Part shown: one piece after another, positions 10,323-19,775 of the stretch
Numbering within the stretch: position 1 is the stretch's first letter
How the letters are laid out: each line of letters starts with the position of its first letter
Origin: an uncultured virus (IMG/VR IMGVR_UViG_3300037067_008462)
Lineage: Duplodnaviria > Heunggongvirae > Uroviricota > Caudoviricetes
IMG/VR virus record: IMGVR_UViG_3300037067_008462
Reading direction: 5' to 3' (one strand)
DNA length: 64,000 bases
Made by a program: the position numbers and the translations under genes
Notes under the pieces: generated by a model
What the model saw: only the letters and a program-made list of their open reading frames with translations
Databases searched by the model: none
Told to the model about the DNA's origin: nothing

Positions 10323-10347
10323 CATTTTCAAAGCTTTATGGTATCCT
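10319..10347 (+). promoter_or_regulatory. Sigma70-type promoter for the small-gene array
   Basis: TTGACA-17 nt-TATCCT with TG; the CTCTATCT octamer overlaps the first base of the -35 box. Confidence 0.7.
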
Positions 10348-10379
10348 ATTTAAGAATGAAATAAATCAAGGATGCCGTA

Positions 10380-10631
10380 ATGAAATGTTTTTCATTAACA
10401 AATGCATGTAACCTATGGATGGCGTTTCTTAAAACAGAAGAAATAGCTTTTAGAAAAGAGGAAAGAGATAGAGGTTGGTTGGTGCTTCCCGTATTTAAGG
10501 ATGGGATTTCAAGTGATCGAGGAATCCTAACACATGCTGTAAATGACGGTATTACCTTTAATCAGCATTTCCGATGGATGTTGGACAACATATCAATTGT
10601 TATGGAAAAACAACCAGAGTATTTTATATAA
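10380..10631 (+). CDS. Small protein, CNLWMA subfamily of the array
   Basis: NACNLWMAF...IAFR shared with the 13829 and 14065 ORFs. Confidence 0.7.
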   Translation: MKCFSLTNACNLWMAFLKTEEIAFRKEERDRGWLVLPVFKDGISSDRGILTHAVNDGITFNQHFRWMLDNISIVMEKQPEYFI

Positions 10632-10648
10632 AGAGTATTTCGTACAAA

Positions 10649-10825
10649 ATGACAGAATTAAATCTCATAAATTTACTTTACAGTATAGGAGTAAAGGATT
10701 ACCAGATACTTCAGAATGTCAATCCGAATACGTATGTAGTTTATACAGATACAAAAACCAATTATTATAAGTTAAATGAGGATTCAATGGAATATATAGT
10801 AGAAAAGATAGAGTATTTGCTATGA
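10649..10825 (+). CDS. Small protein, MTxLN family
   Basis: Starts MTELNLINLL; start re-called from the tracked 10574 ORF. Confidence 0.7.
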   Translation: MTELNLINLLYSIGVKDYQILQNVNPNTYVVYTDTKTNYYKLNEDSMEYIVEKIEYLL

Positions 10826-11024
10826 CGAGACTTAACGTAGAAAATTTGCTTGATGTTTCTATTACAGGTAAGATCAATTATAGTATAGAAGAACTATCTC
10901 ACGGTTACTTTATACTAGATTAAGTCCGTATCCCCAATTAGAGTATTTCTTTTCTTTTGATGACAGTAATAATGTAGACTACCAAATAGATCCTTATTTG
11001 CTTTCATTTTTAGGGTATGAGTAA
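10822..11024 (+). pseudogene. Frameshifted MTxLN-family gene
   Basis: MTRLNVENLL... stops at 10923; the -1 frame continues to TAA at 11024, directly abutting the next ATG. Confidence 0.55.
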
Positions 11025-11225
11025 ATGACTGAACTAAATATATTAAATGTTGCGACAATGTTAGGATATATAAATCCAAGAATGAAATTAATAAGAAGTG
11101 AGGGATGGTTGTGTTCTGATAACTATATACCTTATTGTTGTTTTCTTAGTAAATACGATGGTTTGCTTCATGCAGATATAGGTTCAGTATTTGATGAATT
11201 GTTTTCTTGGACAGAAAAACAATGA
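11025..11225 (+). CDS. Small protein, MTxLN family
   Basis: MTELNILNV; close paralog of 11440 (GYxNP...GWL). Confidence 0.75.
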   Translation: MTELNILNVATMLGYINPRMKLIRSEGWLCSDNYIPYCCFLSKYDGLLHADIGSVFDELFSWTEKQ

Positions 11226-11443
11226 AAGAATTAAACATCAGAAATCTATGTCAATATGTTTTTGGAGACATATTTATACGTTTAGTTGATTACGATCAAT
11301 ATGCTTTTGATGTTGTATTACTTAAAAATAATAATGAATGGCAAAGTAATAGTATCATAATAAATTATGGACACTTACAGGATGAAAATATAGGAGAGAT
11401 TCTTGATTTAATCACAACAATATATCGGGAATATATGCAATGA
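11222..11443 (+). CDS. Small protein, MTxLN family
   Basis: MKELNIRNL; ATGA overlaps on both sides. Confidence 0.75.
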   Translation: MKELNIRNLCQYVFGDIFIRLVDYDQYAFDVVLLKNNNEWQSNSIIINYGHLQDENIGEILDLITTIYREYMQ

Positions 11444-11646
11444 CGGAACTAAATCTTTTAAATATTGCTGAAGCTATAGGATACAAAAATCCAAAGATAG
11501 AGTGGATAAATGGGGCAGGGTGGCTGTATTCTTCAGAAGTTTGTGAATTTAATTGTTATTTGGATGCTAAGGATTTGTGGTTTAAAGATAATCATTTTGA
11601 TAGTATTGTAAAAACATTATCTGATTGGTTAAAACAATGGACATAA
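11440..11646 (+). CDS. Small protein, MTxLN family
   Basis: MTELNLLNI. Confidence 0.75.
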   Translation: MTELNLLNIAEAIGYKNPKIEWINGAGWLYSSEVCEFNCYLDAKDLWFKDNHFDSIVKTLSDWLKQWT

Positions 11647-11664
11647 TTGGGGTACAATATATTT

Positions 11665-12114
11665 ATGAGAACCCTGATCACAATTGGTGTTATCGTCATC
11701 ATGTTATTGATTAGCGGTAGCATGGATAATAGAAAAGTAGCTCCTGATTTCTCATTTAAGAATTTCAATGGAAAAACTGAAAAACTATCTGACTATCAAG
11801 ATAGAGTGATTGTTTTGAACTATTGGGCGAAGTGGTGTCCTTATTGCGTTCAAGAGCTTTCAGAGATCGATGCCGTCTATAAAGAAAACAAAAATGTTTG
11901 GTTTATATCTATAGTCGTAGATGACGAAGGCAACCCTAAAGAATACATCAAACAAAAGAAATATGAATGGATCTTTGGATTAGATATCGACGGACAAAAG
12001 AAATATGGAATCTCTAGTATCCCGGTTACTCTATTTATCGATCAAGATGGTTATATTGTTTCAAAGAAAGTTGGAAAATTAACTAAAAAAGATTTAGAAA
12101 AAGAACTAAAGTAA
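11665..12114 (+). CDS. TlpA/ResA-like thiol-disulfide oxidoreductase with an N-terminal membrane anchor
   Basis: APDFSF...VLNYWAKWCPYC...IPVTLFID; the ATG at 11665 lies 6 nt after GGG-TACAAT. Confidence 0.85.
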   Translation: MRTLITIGVIVIMLLISGSMDNRKVAPDFSFKNFNGKTEKLSDYQDRVIVLNYWAKWCPYCVQELSEIDAVYKENKNVWFISIVVDDEGNPKEYIKQKKYEWIFGLDIDGQKKYGISSIPVTLFIDQDGYIVSKKVGKLTKKDLEKELK

Positions 12115-12318
12115 ACCATTTTCAATCCAAATGTCACTAAAGAAAGCTGATTTTGGTACGGGAGCGCCTTCCCAACCAAAAGGTGAATTAGTACAAGCTA
12201 GAAAATGGAAAATTAGCTTATATTCACGTCCCAACCAAACTAAATCTCCTTGAATTCCTATTCTTCCTGAAAAACCAGTCATAGACTCTATCTTATTGCT
12301 TACATTAAGTGATGTCAT
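12106..12318 (-). CDS. Small protein, MTxLN family
   Basis: MTSLNVSNKIE; paralog of the neighbouring 12515 gene. Confidence 0.7.
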   Translation of the reverse strand: MTSLNVSNKIESMTGFSGRIGIQGDLVWLGREYKLIFHFLACTNSPFGWEGAPVPKSAFFSDIWIENGLL

Positions 12319-12515
12319 CTTAAATGCTCCATAATCCATAGATCGTCTTTAAATAAATTCTTTAAGACAGGAAAGGAACTTCTCCCATTGTAAGGTAAAG
12401 AAACAAAGAATTGAAGATATTCTTTATGCAAATAAATCCAATCTCTACTCTCAAAATAATCTCCTTTGAATCCACAAAAAGCCTCTATCTTGTTTATGAT
12501 ATTCAATGCTGTCAT
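12315..12515 (-). CDS. Small protein, MTxLN family
   Basis: MTALNIINKIE. Confidence 0.7.
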   Translation of the reverse strand: MTALNIINKIEAFCGFKGDYFESRDWIYLHKEYLQFFVSLPYNGRSSFPVLKNLFKDDLWIMEHLR

Positions 12516-12727
12516 TCTAGTATATCACCAAACCAATATATAAACATACTTAAATCATTTGCACGATCAAAATCGTATAACCTGTCACCTACATCATCAA
12601 TTACTACTCGATGTCTCAATTTTGGATGTCGAATATCAAATTTATCAATGCCTGTATATTTTTTTCTTTCGACAAAACAATCTAATCCAAATGCTTGTAA
12701 GAAATTTTTAGCATTTAGTTCTGTCAT
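12512..12727 (-). CDS. Small protein, MTxLN family
   Basis: MTELNAKNFL; start re-called from the tracked 12832 ORF. Confidence 0.7.
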   Translation of the reverse strand: MTELNAKNFLQAFGLDCFVERKKYTGIDKFDIRHPKLRHRVVIDDVGDRLYDFDRANDLSMFIYWFGDILE

Positions 12728-12728
12728 T

Positions 12729-13121
12729 TTATATTTGATCACTAAACAGAAAAGAAAGTAACATTTGGTATTCTTTTTTGATTTTATGATAGGATGAATT
12801 ATTAATTTTATATAGCAACGTGTATCCTTCATATGAACGGTTTATTGTTATCATTAATATACGTCCATAATAACATTGATCGTGATATTTTGAAAAATCG
12901 CCATCATATTCATCATATAACTCAAAACTATTTCCAAATAATCTAAGACCACCAATGTTTGTGTCAGCTATCAAACTAATATAATCTGATTTATGTTCAA
13001 TAATTTTAATAATTCTAAAAACAAATGGACAAGTTCCGTCAATTACGGGCCATATATCGTCGTTGTTATTGACCATATATCTTTCTACTTCACTTAACAA
13101 AAATACATCGCCATTTTGCAT
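12729..13121 (-). CDS. Hypothetical protein, probably leaderless
   Basis: ATG lies 6 nt after a TTGAAA-17-TATACT promoter on the minus strand. Confidence 0.6.
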   Translation of the reverse strand: MQNGDVFLLSEVERYMVNNNDDIWPVIDGTCPFVFRIIKIIEHKSDYISLIADTNIGGLRLFGNSFELYDEYDGDFSKYHDQCYYGRILMITINRSYEGYTLLYKINNSSYHKIKKEYQMLLSFLFSDQI

Positions 13122-13127
13122 AATCTA

Positions 13128-13202
13128 AGTATAACAGGTCTAACTAAAATTTTCAACCCTCTATCTTGCAACCTTGACTTTTTTCGAGCAACATGGTACA
13201 AT
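13128..13202. promoter_or_regulatory. Divergent sigma70-type promoter pair
   Basis: Minus strand: TTGAAA(13156-51)-17-TATACT(13133-28). Plus strand: TTGACT(13174)-17-TACAAT(13197). CTCTATCT at 13159 sits between the two -35 boxes. Confidence 0.7.
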
Positions 13203-13372
13203 ACAAACGTGTAAGTAATCTCTCGTAGGAGCTTTGTTTGGAAGAAAGTATTAAGTTAGCATTTTCTTTTTTCTATGGAATTGTATTTACTTTAACCTTT
13301 AGTCTGATTATACTAACAGGAGGAAAAAGTAAAAAATGAAACAAATAACAATTAAAGGAATAGAGGCTTAAA

Positions 13373-13744
13373 ATGCTGTGGTATTGGTGGTTTGGTCTTT
13401 ATGCTATTATCGGAGTCTTTATTGCTACGATAGCTTTCTTTAGAGGAATCACTAGACCTTCTTCTAGTCTATATATAAAACCTGAAGATAGAGAGGGATA
13501 TTTTCTAACCATAGTTCTTCTTTGGCCCTTTTGTGCAATATTGATGATAATAATAAGTGTCTTGGGAGATGACGAGGTAACTCCACAACAAAGGGAACTT
13601 GAAAATGCTAAAGCAGACTTAGCGAAAGCTAAAGAAGAGGAAGAAAAGATTCGAAAGACTCTATCTGTTTATAATGAAATTGCTATAACAAGAGAAGAAA
13701 TAAGAAAGACAAATGAAAGAATTACATCAATGCTAGAAAAGTGA
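13373..13744 (+). CDS. Membrane protein with two TM helices and a coiled-coil tail
   Basis: Two hydrophobic stretches followed by a charged helical C-terminus. Confidence 0.65.
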   Translation: MLWYWWFGLYAIIGVFIATIAFFRGITRPSSSLYIKPEDREGYFLTIVLLWPFCAILMIIISVLGDDEVTPQQRELENAKADLAKAKEEEEKIRKTLSVYNEIAITREEIRKTNERITSMLEK

Positions 13745-13828
13745 TTATGACAATTAGATTAAAATGTAAAATTGGAAATCTATTAAGAATAAATAAGAGA
13801 TTATTAGTAAAGTTGATATGGAGAACAG

Positions 13829-14068
13829 ATGACTAGGTTAAACATATGCAATCTTTGGATGGCATTATACCATGATGACATTGTTGCTTTCAGATTTGAA
13901 CCTAGAGACAATAATAGGTGGTGGATTTCTCCTGTTTTTGTGTCGGGAAAGTCTCCTCCTATTGCTCTTGTATCAGGAGATTATAATGATACAAGAGCAA
14001 TAGGACAACGTTCTTTTGAGGAATGCGTAGGAAAGATTATTCATTTAAAATCGGCATATGATCTATGA
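13829..14068 (+). CDS. Small protein, MTxLN/CNLWMA family
   Basis: MTRLNICNLWMALY; GGAG RBS. Confidence 0.75.
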   Translation: MTRLNICNLWMALYHDDIVAFRFEPRDNNRWWISPVFVSGKSPPIALVSGDYNDTRAIGQRSFEECVGKIIHLKSAYDL

Positions 14069-14289
14069 AAGAAATACGTACAAAACTAAATTGTTGTAAT
14101 CTTTGGATGGCGTTTTATAACGACATCATTGCGTTTAAGTTTGAAGAAAATTCAGTATTAAATGGAATCATGATATATCCTTTGTTTTCTGATGGTAGAA
14201 TACCTACGTTTGGAATCAGAACTAATTATTTAACTACAGAGGAGGCGGTAGAATATATAATTAAGTCAGGAAGGGTATTTCCTAAGTAG
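14065..14289 (+). CDS. Small protein, MTxLN/CNLWMA family
   Basis: ...RTKLNCCNLWMAFY. Confidence 0.75.
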   Translation: MKEIRTKLNCCNLWMAFYNDIIAFKFEENSVLNGIMIYPLFSDGRIPTFGIRTNYLTTEEAVEYIIKSGRVFPK

Positions 14290-14290
14290 A

Positions 14291-14503
14291 ATGACAAAAC
14301 TAAACATAGAAAACTTAATCAAGGCTCTATCTAATCGTGATTATACGATAACTAAGAATGTGGCTGGTTCTTGGTTAATAGAAAAAGATGAGGGTGACCC
14401 AAAATCATTTTTTATAATACCGGAAGATGCTAGTCCTAGTAATGTTTGGACTTGTCGTTATTATGGGGATTTTATACTTTGGCTCAAACAATCTAATGAC
14501 TAA
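14291..14503 (+). CDS. Small protein, MTxLN family
   Basis: MTKLNIENLI. Confidence 0.75.
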   Translation: MTKLNIENLIKALSNRDYTITKNVAGSWLIEKDEGDPKSFFIIPEDASPSNVWTCRYYGDFILWLKQSND

Positions 14504-14714
14504 TCTAAATATAAAAAATTTGATAGAAGCTTATTGTATTCCTGAAGATAGTACACTTATTGGTAGATATACAATATTATTAATTAAGACTTCTACGGCT
14601 TGGACGAGACTACCTTATTCTAGATATCATATCCCTATAACTCCAAGTCTACAAGGTACACCGTTTAGGGGAATATTGCTTATATTGGATGATTTATACC
14701 AGAGATATTGGTAA
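14496..14714 (+). CDS. Small protein, MTxLN family
   Basis: MTNLNIKNLIEAY; tandem paralog of 14714. Confidence 0.75.
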   Translation: MTNLNIKNLIEAYCIPEDSTLIGRYTILLIKTSTAWTRLPYSRYHIPITPSLQGTPFRGILLILDDLYQRYW

Positions 14715-14944
14715 TGACTAATCTAAACATGAAAAATTTGGTAGAAGCTTATGGTTTAAATTCAACAACAACTCTTATTGTCGATAACACAATAATGTTA
14801 AGCAGAATCAATAACGCTTGGAGTAGAATTCCCGGTCATTGCATTAGATATTTTTTACCTATTTCGCCTGTGTTCGGTGTAATTGATTTGTCGTTCGATA
14901 TTGCAATAGAAATGTTAAATAAACTTTATGCAAATTATTGGTAA
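14714..14944 (+). CDS. Small protein, MTxLN family
   Basis: MTNLNMKNLVEAY; TAATG coupling to the upstream stop. Confidence 0.75.
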   Translation: MTNLNMKNLVEAYGLNSTTTLIVDNTIMLSRINNAWSRIPGHCIRYFLPISPVFGVIDLSFDIAIEMLNKLYANYW

Positions 14945-14958
14945 GGATATCATAGATA

Positions 14959-15336
14959 ATGTTAACTGATAAAATAATAGATTTTGCTATAGAGGCGGCT
15001 CATAAAAGTGAGAGTGATTTATTTAGGCATGGAGCGGTTATATATGATAAAGATAGAGTGTTGGCAGTAGGATGGAATGTTCTAGGAAAAACAGACTCGG
15101 CTCTATTTTATAATCAATATGGAACATTTCATGCAGAATCTCTTGCTATCTTTAGAGCATATGGCGGTAGAGTACGTAAAGGAAATAAGAAAGTTTATAT
15201 GTTTGTCGTTAGAATAAATAGGCACGGAGAGTTTAGGTTATCTAAACCTTGTCCTGCTTGTGAGAAATTGTTGAGAAAAAACCGTATTATTGTTTACTAT
15301 TCCACTGAAAATGGAATAGAGAAGTATATCCCTTAA
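14959..15336 (+). CDS. Zinc-dependent cytidine/dCMP-type deaminase
   Basis: HGAVI...GWN...HAE...SKPCPAC motifs. Confidence 0.85.
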   Translation: MLTDKIIDFAIEAAHKSESDLFRHGAVIYDKDRVLAVGWNVLGKTDSALFYNQYGTFHAESLAIFRAYGGRVRKGNKKVYMFVVRINRHGEFRLSKPCPACEKLLRKNRIIVYYSTENGIEKYIP

Positions 15337-15348
15337 GGAGTAGATTGT

Positions 15349-15525
15349 ATGGATACCGAAGATTCTAGACACAAGTATTTGGAATACCTAGAAGAAATGC
15401 TAAAAAGAATAGGTCGTGATCAAGACGAAACCGAAAATCGTTGGATCTATCATGGTTGGGGGAAGAGCGATGATTACAATGAGAGGAAAGATTCTCCTCG
15501 TATCACTTGGGTCGATTTCGACTAA
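15349..15525 (+). CDS. Hypothetical 58 aa protein
   Basis: AAGGAG RBS, MDTEDSRHKY...; below the ORF track threshold. Confidence 0.5.
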   Translation: MDTEDSRHKYLEYLEEMLKRIGRDQDETENRWIYHGWGKSDDYNERKDSPRITWVDFD

Positions 15526-15543
15526 ATAGGGTAAAAGTATTTC

Positions 15544-16251
15544 GTGTTTAAAACATCATTTTTACTACCAACCATTAGAGATCGATTCAAAACTGTCGTT
15601 TATACCTGGGACTACCCACAAGCTGAATTTCTTGTTAGCTACGACACTCAAGAACAAAACCTCAAAAGGTTCTCTGCGAGAGAAAGACGTGCCCTGCAAG
15701 GAACTATGTTGGAGTTTGAACATAATTGTTCTGAGTTAGGGGGAAACGTTGCAGTTTGGAATAATCTTGCAGCTAAAGCAACCGGAGATGCAATCTTCGT
15801 AATTGCTGATGATATTTTTAATAAAACATGTAATTGGCAAGATATTGTCTTATCTAGAATTCCAAATTTTCTTTCTGAACCTTGGGCTGTTGTAGGTGAT
15901 GATTTATTACGTTTAGAAGGATCGACTACTTGGAATAGAGGTTTAGCTGGACATCCCCTTATGTCCCGTCATTACTATGATCTTTTCGGATATGTTTGGT
16001 ATCCGGGATATCCATCTCAATATTGCGATAACGAATTTTATGAAGTAGGTAATGCAATAGGTAGATTGGTTTATATCCCAGAATTTGTATATGAGAACTG
16101 TCATCCTTTAGCAGGTAAAGCCAGAAGAGATAGATGGAACGGTCTTGCTAGTAAAACATTAGGTCAGGGATATAAAGTTTGGCAAGAAAAAGGTAGAATC
16201 CAGGAAGTTATAGATGATACAAAAAGAAAGATTCAACAGAGATACCCTTAA
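15544..16251 (+). CDS. GT-A fold glycosyltransferase (GT2-like)
   Basis: SFLLPT, WNNLAAKATGDAIFVIADD, YCDNEF; paralog of 17804. Confidence 0.8.
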   Translation: MFKTSFLLPTIRDRFKTVVYTWDYPQAEFLVSYDTQEQNLKRFSARERRALQGTMLEFEHNCSELGGNVAVWNNLAAKATGDAIFVIADDIFNKTCNWQDIVLSRIPNFLSEPWAVVGDDLLRLEGSTTWNRGLAGHPLMSRHYYDLFGYVWYPGYPSQYCDNEFYEVGNAIGRLVYIPEFVYENCHPLAGKARRDRWNGLASKTLGQGYKVWQEKGRIQEVIDDTKRKIQQRYP

Positions 16252-17059
16252 GGTTGTAATTCTAACTCCCTGTTTAAGAAGACCTGCGTTTTTAAAGATT
16301 CTTAGAAAGATGTTAGATAATCAAACTTTTCAACATTTTACACATATTATTTTAGAAGAAGATTGGAGTTATCAAGAGCATGGATTAGAGTTGTCCGGTT
16401 CGCAATTTGTTCAACTACCATGTAAAGAAAAAGAAGTATATTCGATTGCAAAAAAAATGAATTATGGTTTGAGTTTAATTGAACCAGATGTGGATTTGGT
16501 TTTTAAAATGGATTCTGATAATTATTTTGGACCACTCTATCTTGAAAAGTATATAAATTATTTCGAACAACATCCAGAATGTATTCTATCTTTCTCTAAA
16601 AGAGAGATTTTATACAATATATCAGAGAGAGAGTATGGTAACCTAGAAGTCGTTCAAGACGGCAATGTTTGTTTTCGTAGAGAGTTATTAGATAAAGTAA
16701 AATTTAGAGAAAGTTTTGGAGCAGGAGAATTAGGAGAAGATGCTTGGTTTATATGGGATACAGAATCAGCTTTTGGTAAACAAAGTATCCAACAAATTGT
16801 CCTAGATAAGGACTACATGGTTATCAAACATGTTCCTAAGATCCAACCCTTTACTAACTATAAGACATACAAACCATACAGCTACCCTAAAGAAACCGCA
16901 ATAGAGGTTATCAAAGAGGGTAAAAACTTGTGTACTTACGATGTATCATGCATAACAGACAACAATTGCTCTATTTTAAAGGATGTTGTTTCGGATGAAG
17001 ATATTGTTAAATTTTATGAATCATTTTTTATAAAGTATGACTGTGAGATAAAAACATGA
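16214..17059 (+). CDS. GT2-family glycosyltransferase
   Basis: VILTPC...KMNYG...KMDSDNY (DxD)...GED. Confidence 0.8.
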   Translation: MIQKERFNRDTLKVVILTPCLRRPAFLKILRKMLDNQTFQHFTHIILEEDWSYQEHGLELSGSQFVQLPCKEKEVYSIAKKMNYGLSLIEPDVDLVFKMDSDNYFGPLYLEKYINYFEQHPECILSFSKREILYNISEREYGNLEVVQDGNVCFRRELLDKVKFRESFGAGELGEDAWFIWDTESAFGKQSIQQIVLDKDYMVIKHVPKIQPFTNYKTYKPYSYPKETAIEVIKEGKNLCTYDVSCITDNNCSILKDVVSDEDIVKFYESFFIKYDCEIKT

Positions 17060-17814
17060 TATATGACTGTTGTATGTTTTTTAACGAACTAGATATGTTA
17101 GATCTCCGATTACATGAACATACATATGTTGATAAATTTGTAATCGTAGAAGGTACGAAAACATTTAGTGGTTTAGATAAAGAACTCTATTTTGATAACA
17201 ATAAACATTTATTTAAAGAATTTGAAGACAAAATTATTCACTTAGTAGTAGACGATATGCCCATAGAAGGATCGGCGTGGGACAGAGAAAGACACACACT
17301 AAATGCAATCAAAAGACTTCGTATTAAAGATGATGACATTGTTTTAATAGGAGCGGTTGACGAAATAATTAAAAAGGTGTATCCGGGTTTAAACAGATAT
17401 AAAACAAAGTTATTCTATTATTACTTTAATCATGCTGTAGTTCATTTAGATGGTAAACCTGTTTGGAATGAAGTTGTTTGTAGTGTTGATGGTGCTACTC
17501 TATCTAAATATTCAGTTTTTGAAATTCTGAACGAAAGACTAAAAAATGTTTTGGATTTTACCGTTAGAGAAAGAGGAGGATGGCATTTTTCTTGTGTAGG
17601 TTCTCCCGATTTTATCAGACAAAAAATAGAGTCTTGGTCTCATCAAGAATTCAACACAGAAGAGATGAAGTCTTCAGTTGAAAGAAAAATTAAAGAACAT
17701 AAATATTTGTTCGGAGACGATCAATTTAAGATAGTGAGAGTTGATTTAGACAATTCTTTTCCTAAATATTTATCAAACAATAAAGAACGTTTCAAGGAAT
17801 ATATTGATGTTTAA
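17056..17814 (+). CDS. GT17-like N-acetylglucosaminyltransferase
   Basis: IYDCCMFFNELDMLDLRL...VDKFVIVEG..TFSG..K, VDEI, GGWHFS, SWSHQE. Confidence 0.8.
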   Translation: MIYDCCMFFNELDMLDLRLHEHTYVDKFVIVEGTKTFSGLDKELYFDNNKHLFKEFEDKIIHLVVDDMPIEGSAWDRERHTLNAIKRLRIKDDDIVLIGAVDEIIKKVYPGLNRYKTKLFYYYFNHAVVHLDGKPVWNEVVCSVDGATLSKYSVFEILNERLKNVLDFTVRERGGWHFSCVGSPDFIRQKIESWSHQEFNTEEMKSSVERKIKEHKYLFGDDQFKIVRVDLDNSFPKYLSNNKERFKEYIDV

Positions 17815-18511
17815 AGTTTCCTTTTTATTACCAACTGCGCGTCCGCGTTTTCGTTACATAATGAGAAGTTGGGATATGGAAAATTGTGAAATTTTAATTA
17901 GTTATGAAATTCAAAACCCATATCTAGAAAGATTAACAAATGAAGAAAAATCGACCTTTAAAGCTAACATTAAGGAATTTGAGCATGACGGTCCTAATAA
18001 TGGTGTTTGTTGGGCTTGGAACAACTTAGCTAAACATGCTACAGGAGATGCTATTCAAATCATTGCAGATGATCTTGTTAATATTACCGAAGGAGATTGG
18101 CGTCCTTTTGTTTTGCAACACATTCCTGATTTTTTAACAGAACCGTGGGTAGCAATAGCTAACGATAATTTATATACTTTTCAAAATAAGTTGGCTGCAC
18201 ATCCTCTTATGTCTCGTCATTATTATGATCTATTCGGCTATGTTTGGTATCCAGAATACAAAGCATATGGTTGTGACAATGAGCTTTATTATATTGCCAC
18301 TTCTTTGAATAGAATTAAATTTATTCCTGAGTATGTTCACCAAAACCGACATACAGGTTCGTGGGCCGGAGCAGAATTTGATAAATGGTCAGATTCAATT
18401 CAGGCTACCGGTTCACAGGCGATGGAGGTTTGGACTCAAAAAGATAGAATAGAAAAAATTATAGCAGAAAAAAGGTCATTGATTGATGAAAGATTTAGAA
18501 GTAAAGGATAA
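17804..18511 (+). CDS. GT-A fold glycosyltransferase, paralog of 15544
   Basis: Shares HPLMSRHYYDLFGYVWYP and CDNE with 15544. Confidence 0.8.
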   Translation: MMFKVSFLLPTARPRFRYIMRSWDMENCEILISYEIQNPYLERLTNEEKSTFKANIKEFEHDGPNNGVCWAWNNLAKHATGDAIQIIADDLVNITEGDWRPFVLQHIPDFLTEPWVAIANDNLYTFQNKLAAHPLMSRHYYDLFGYVWYPEYKAYGCDNELYYIATSLNRIKFIPEYVHQNRHTGSWAGAEFDKWSDSIQATGSQAMEVWTQKDRIEKIIAEKRSLIDERFRSKG

Positions 18512-19226
18512 TAACAGAGATTTTATTATCGTCTCATTTTATACAAAAGAATATAAAGATGTTGTTAAATATCTTATTACGTCTTTAGAATGGCTAAAAC
18601 TTCCATATTATATTAGGGAAGTTGAAAAAAAGGAAAATTGGCAAGAAACAACGTGGTATAAACCTTCTTTTATTAAGGAAATGATTATAGCTAATCCTAA
18701 TAAAAAAATTTTTTGGGTGGACGCGGATGCTGCTTTTTTAAGATATCCTACTGAGATCGAACAATGTCAAAAAGGATTCAATATTTGCTATCATTCCCGC
18801 CTTACAACTCCTCATCCAAAAATTCCTCCCGGAGTTACTAAAGATAAAAGATTATATCATTCAGGTTGCGTAGTCGCTACTTCAGAATCTCTTCCTTTAT
18901 TGGAGGCATGGATTAATTCAAAAAACAGATATGATGTTCCTGATCAATATTTAATTAATTTCGCGGTAGAGGCACATCCGGAGGTTCCAATTTCTCCTCT
19001 ATCTTTAGATTATTTAAACACATTGCATGATAATCAAAGAAGATGTGGTTCATTGGTCGTTACTAGAAATCCGGCAGTTATGCATTTTATTTATAGTAAT
19101 GCCACAGAAGATGGAAAACCATGTTCCGACCTTCTATCTTTGTATAGTACCAACGGAAAAAAGAATGCAGAGAGGTTATTATTATATAGGAAAGAATTAA
19201 TAAAACGTGGAGCTAAAACAATCTAA
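18483..19226 (+). CDS. Nucleotide-diphospho-sugar transferase (GT-A)
   Basis: YKPSFIK...FWVDADA (DxD)...HSGC...DQ. Confidence 0.75.
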   Translation: MMKDLEVKDNNRDFIIVSFYTKEYKDVVKYLITSLEWLKLPYYIREVEKKENWQETTWYKPSFIKEMIIANPNKKIFWVDADAAFLRYPTEIEQCQKGFNICYHSRLTTPHPKIPPGVTKDKRLYHSGCVVATSESLPLLEAWINSKNRYDVPDQYLINFAVEAHPEVPISPLSLDYLNTLHDNQRRCGSLVVTRNPAVMHFIYSNATEDGKPCSDLLSLYSTNGKKNAERLLLYRKELIKRGAKTI

Positions 19227-19238
19227 AAGGAGATTTTC

Positions 19239-19775
19239 TTGTATAACCTAGACGAGGTTCATAAGGCTTTTTGGCACGTTAATATGATTGCTTATTTAGC
19301 AAAACTATTAGAACCGAATATATATGTTGAATTGGGTATTGAGGTAGCCTCTACTATCAATGCAGTTGCGAAACATGCAAAACGTTGTTTGGGCGTAGAT
19401 ATTAATCCTGCCTGTAGAGCAAGCATTACAGAACCAAACATAGAGTTTTTTTGTGAGACTACTGAAGTATTTATTAATAACTATAAAGATGTAAATATCA
19501 ATATGGTATTTATTGATGCCGATCATAATTGTGATGCCGTCATTAGTGATTTTAGAGGAATTTATCCCTATGTGGTTGATCAGGGAATAATTTTATTACA
19601 CGATACATACCCTGGCAGCAAAGCTTACACAACTCCATTTTTTTGCAACAATGCATATCAAGCTGTTGATATATTGAGAACGGAATATAAGGATTGTGAA
19701 TTCACCACGATTCCCGTTCATCCAGGTTTAACTATTTGTAGAAAAAGGATCGATGATTATTCATGGCTAAAATAG
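19239..19775 (+). CDS. Class I SAM-dependent methyltransferase (Methyltransf_24-like)
   Basis: YVELGI...GVDI...VFIDADH...IILLHDT. Confidence 0.8.
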   Translation: MYNLDEVHKAFWHVNMIAYLAKLLEPNIYVELGIEVASTINAVAKHAKRCLGVDINPACRASITEPNIEFFCETTEVFINNYKDVNINMVFIDADHNCDAVISDFRGIYPYVVDQGIILLHDTYPGSKAYTTPFFCNNAYQAVDILRTEYKDCEFTTIPVHPGLTICRKRIDDYSWLK

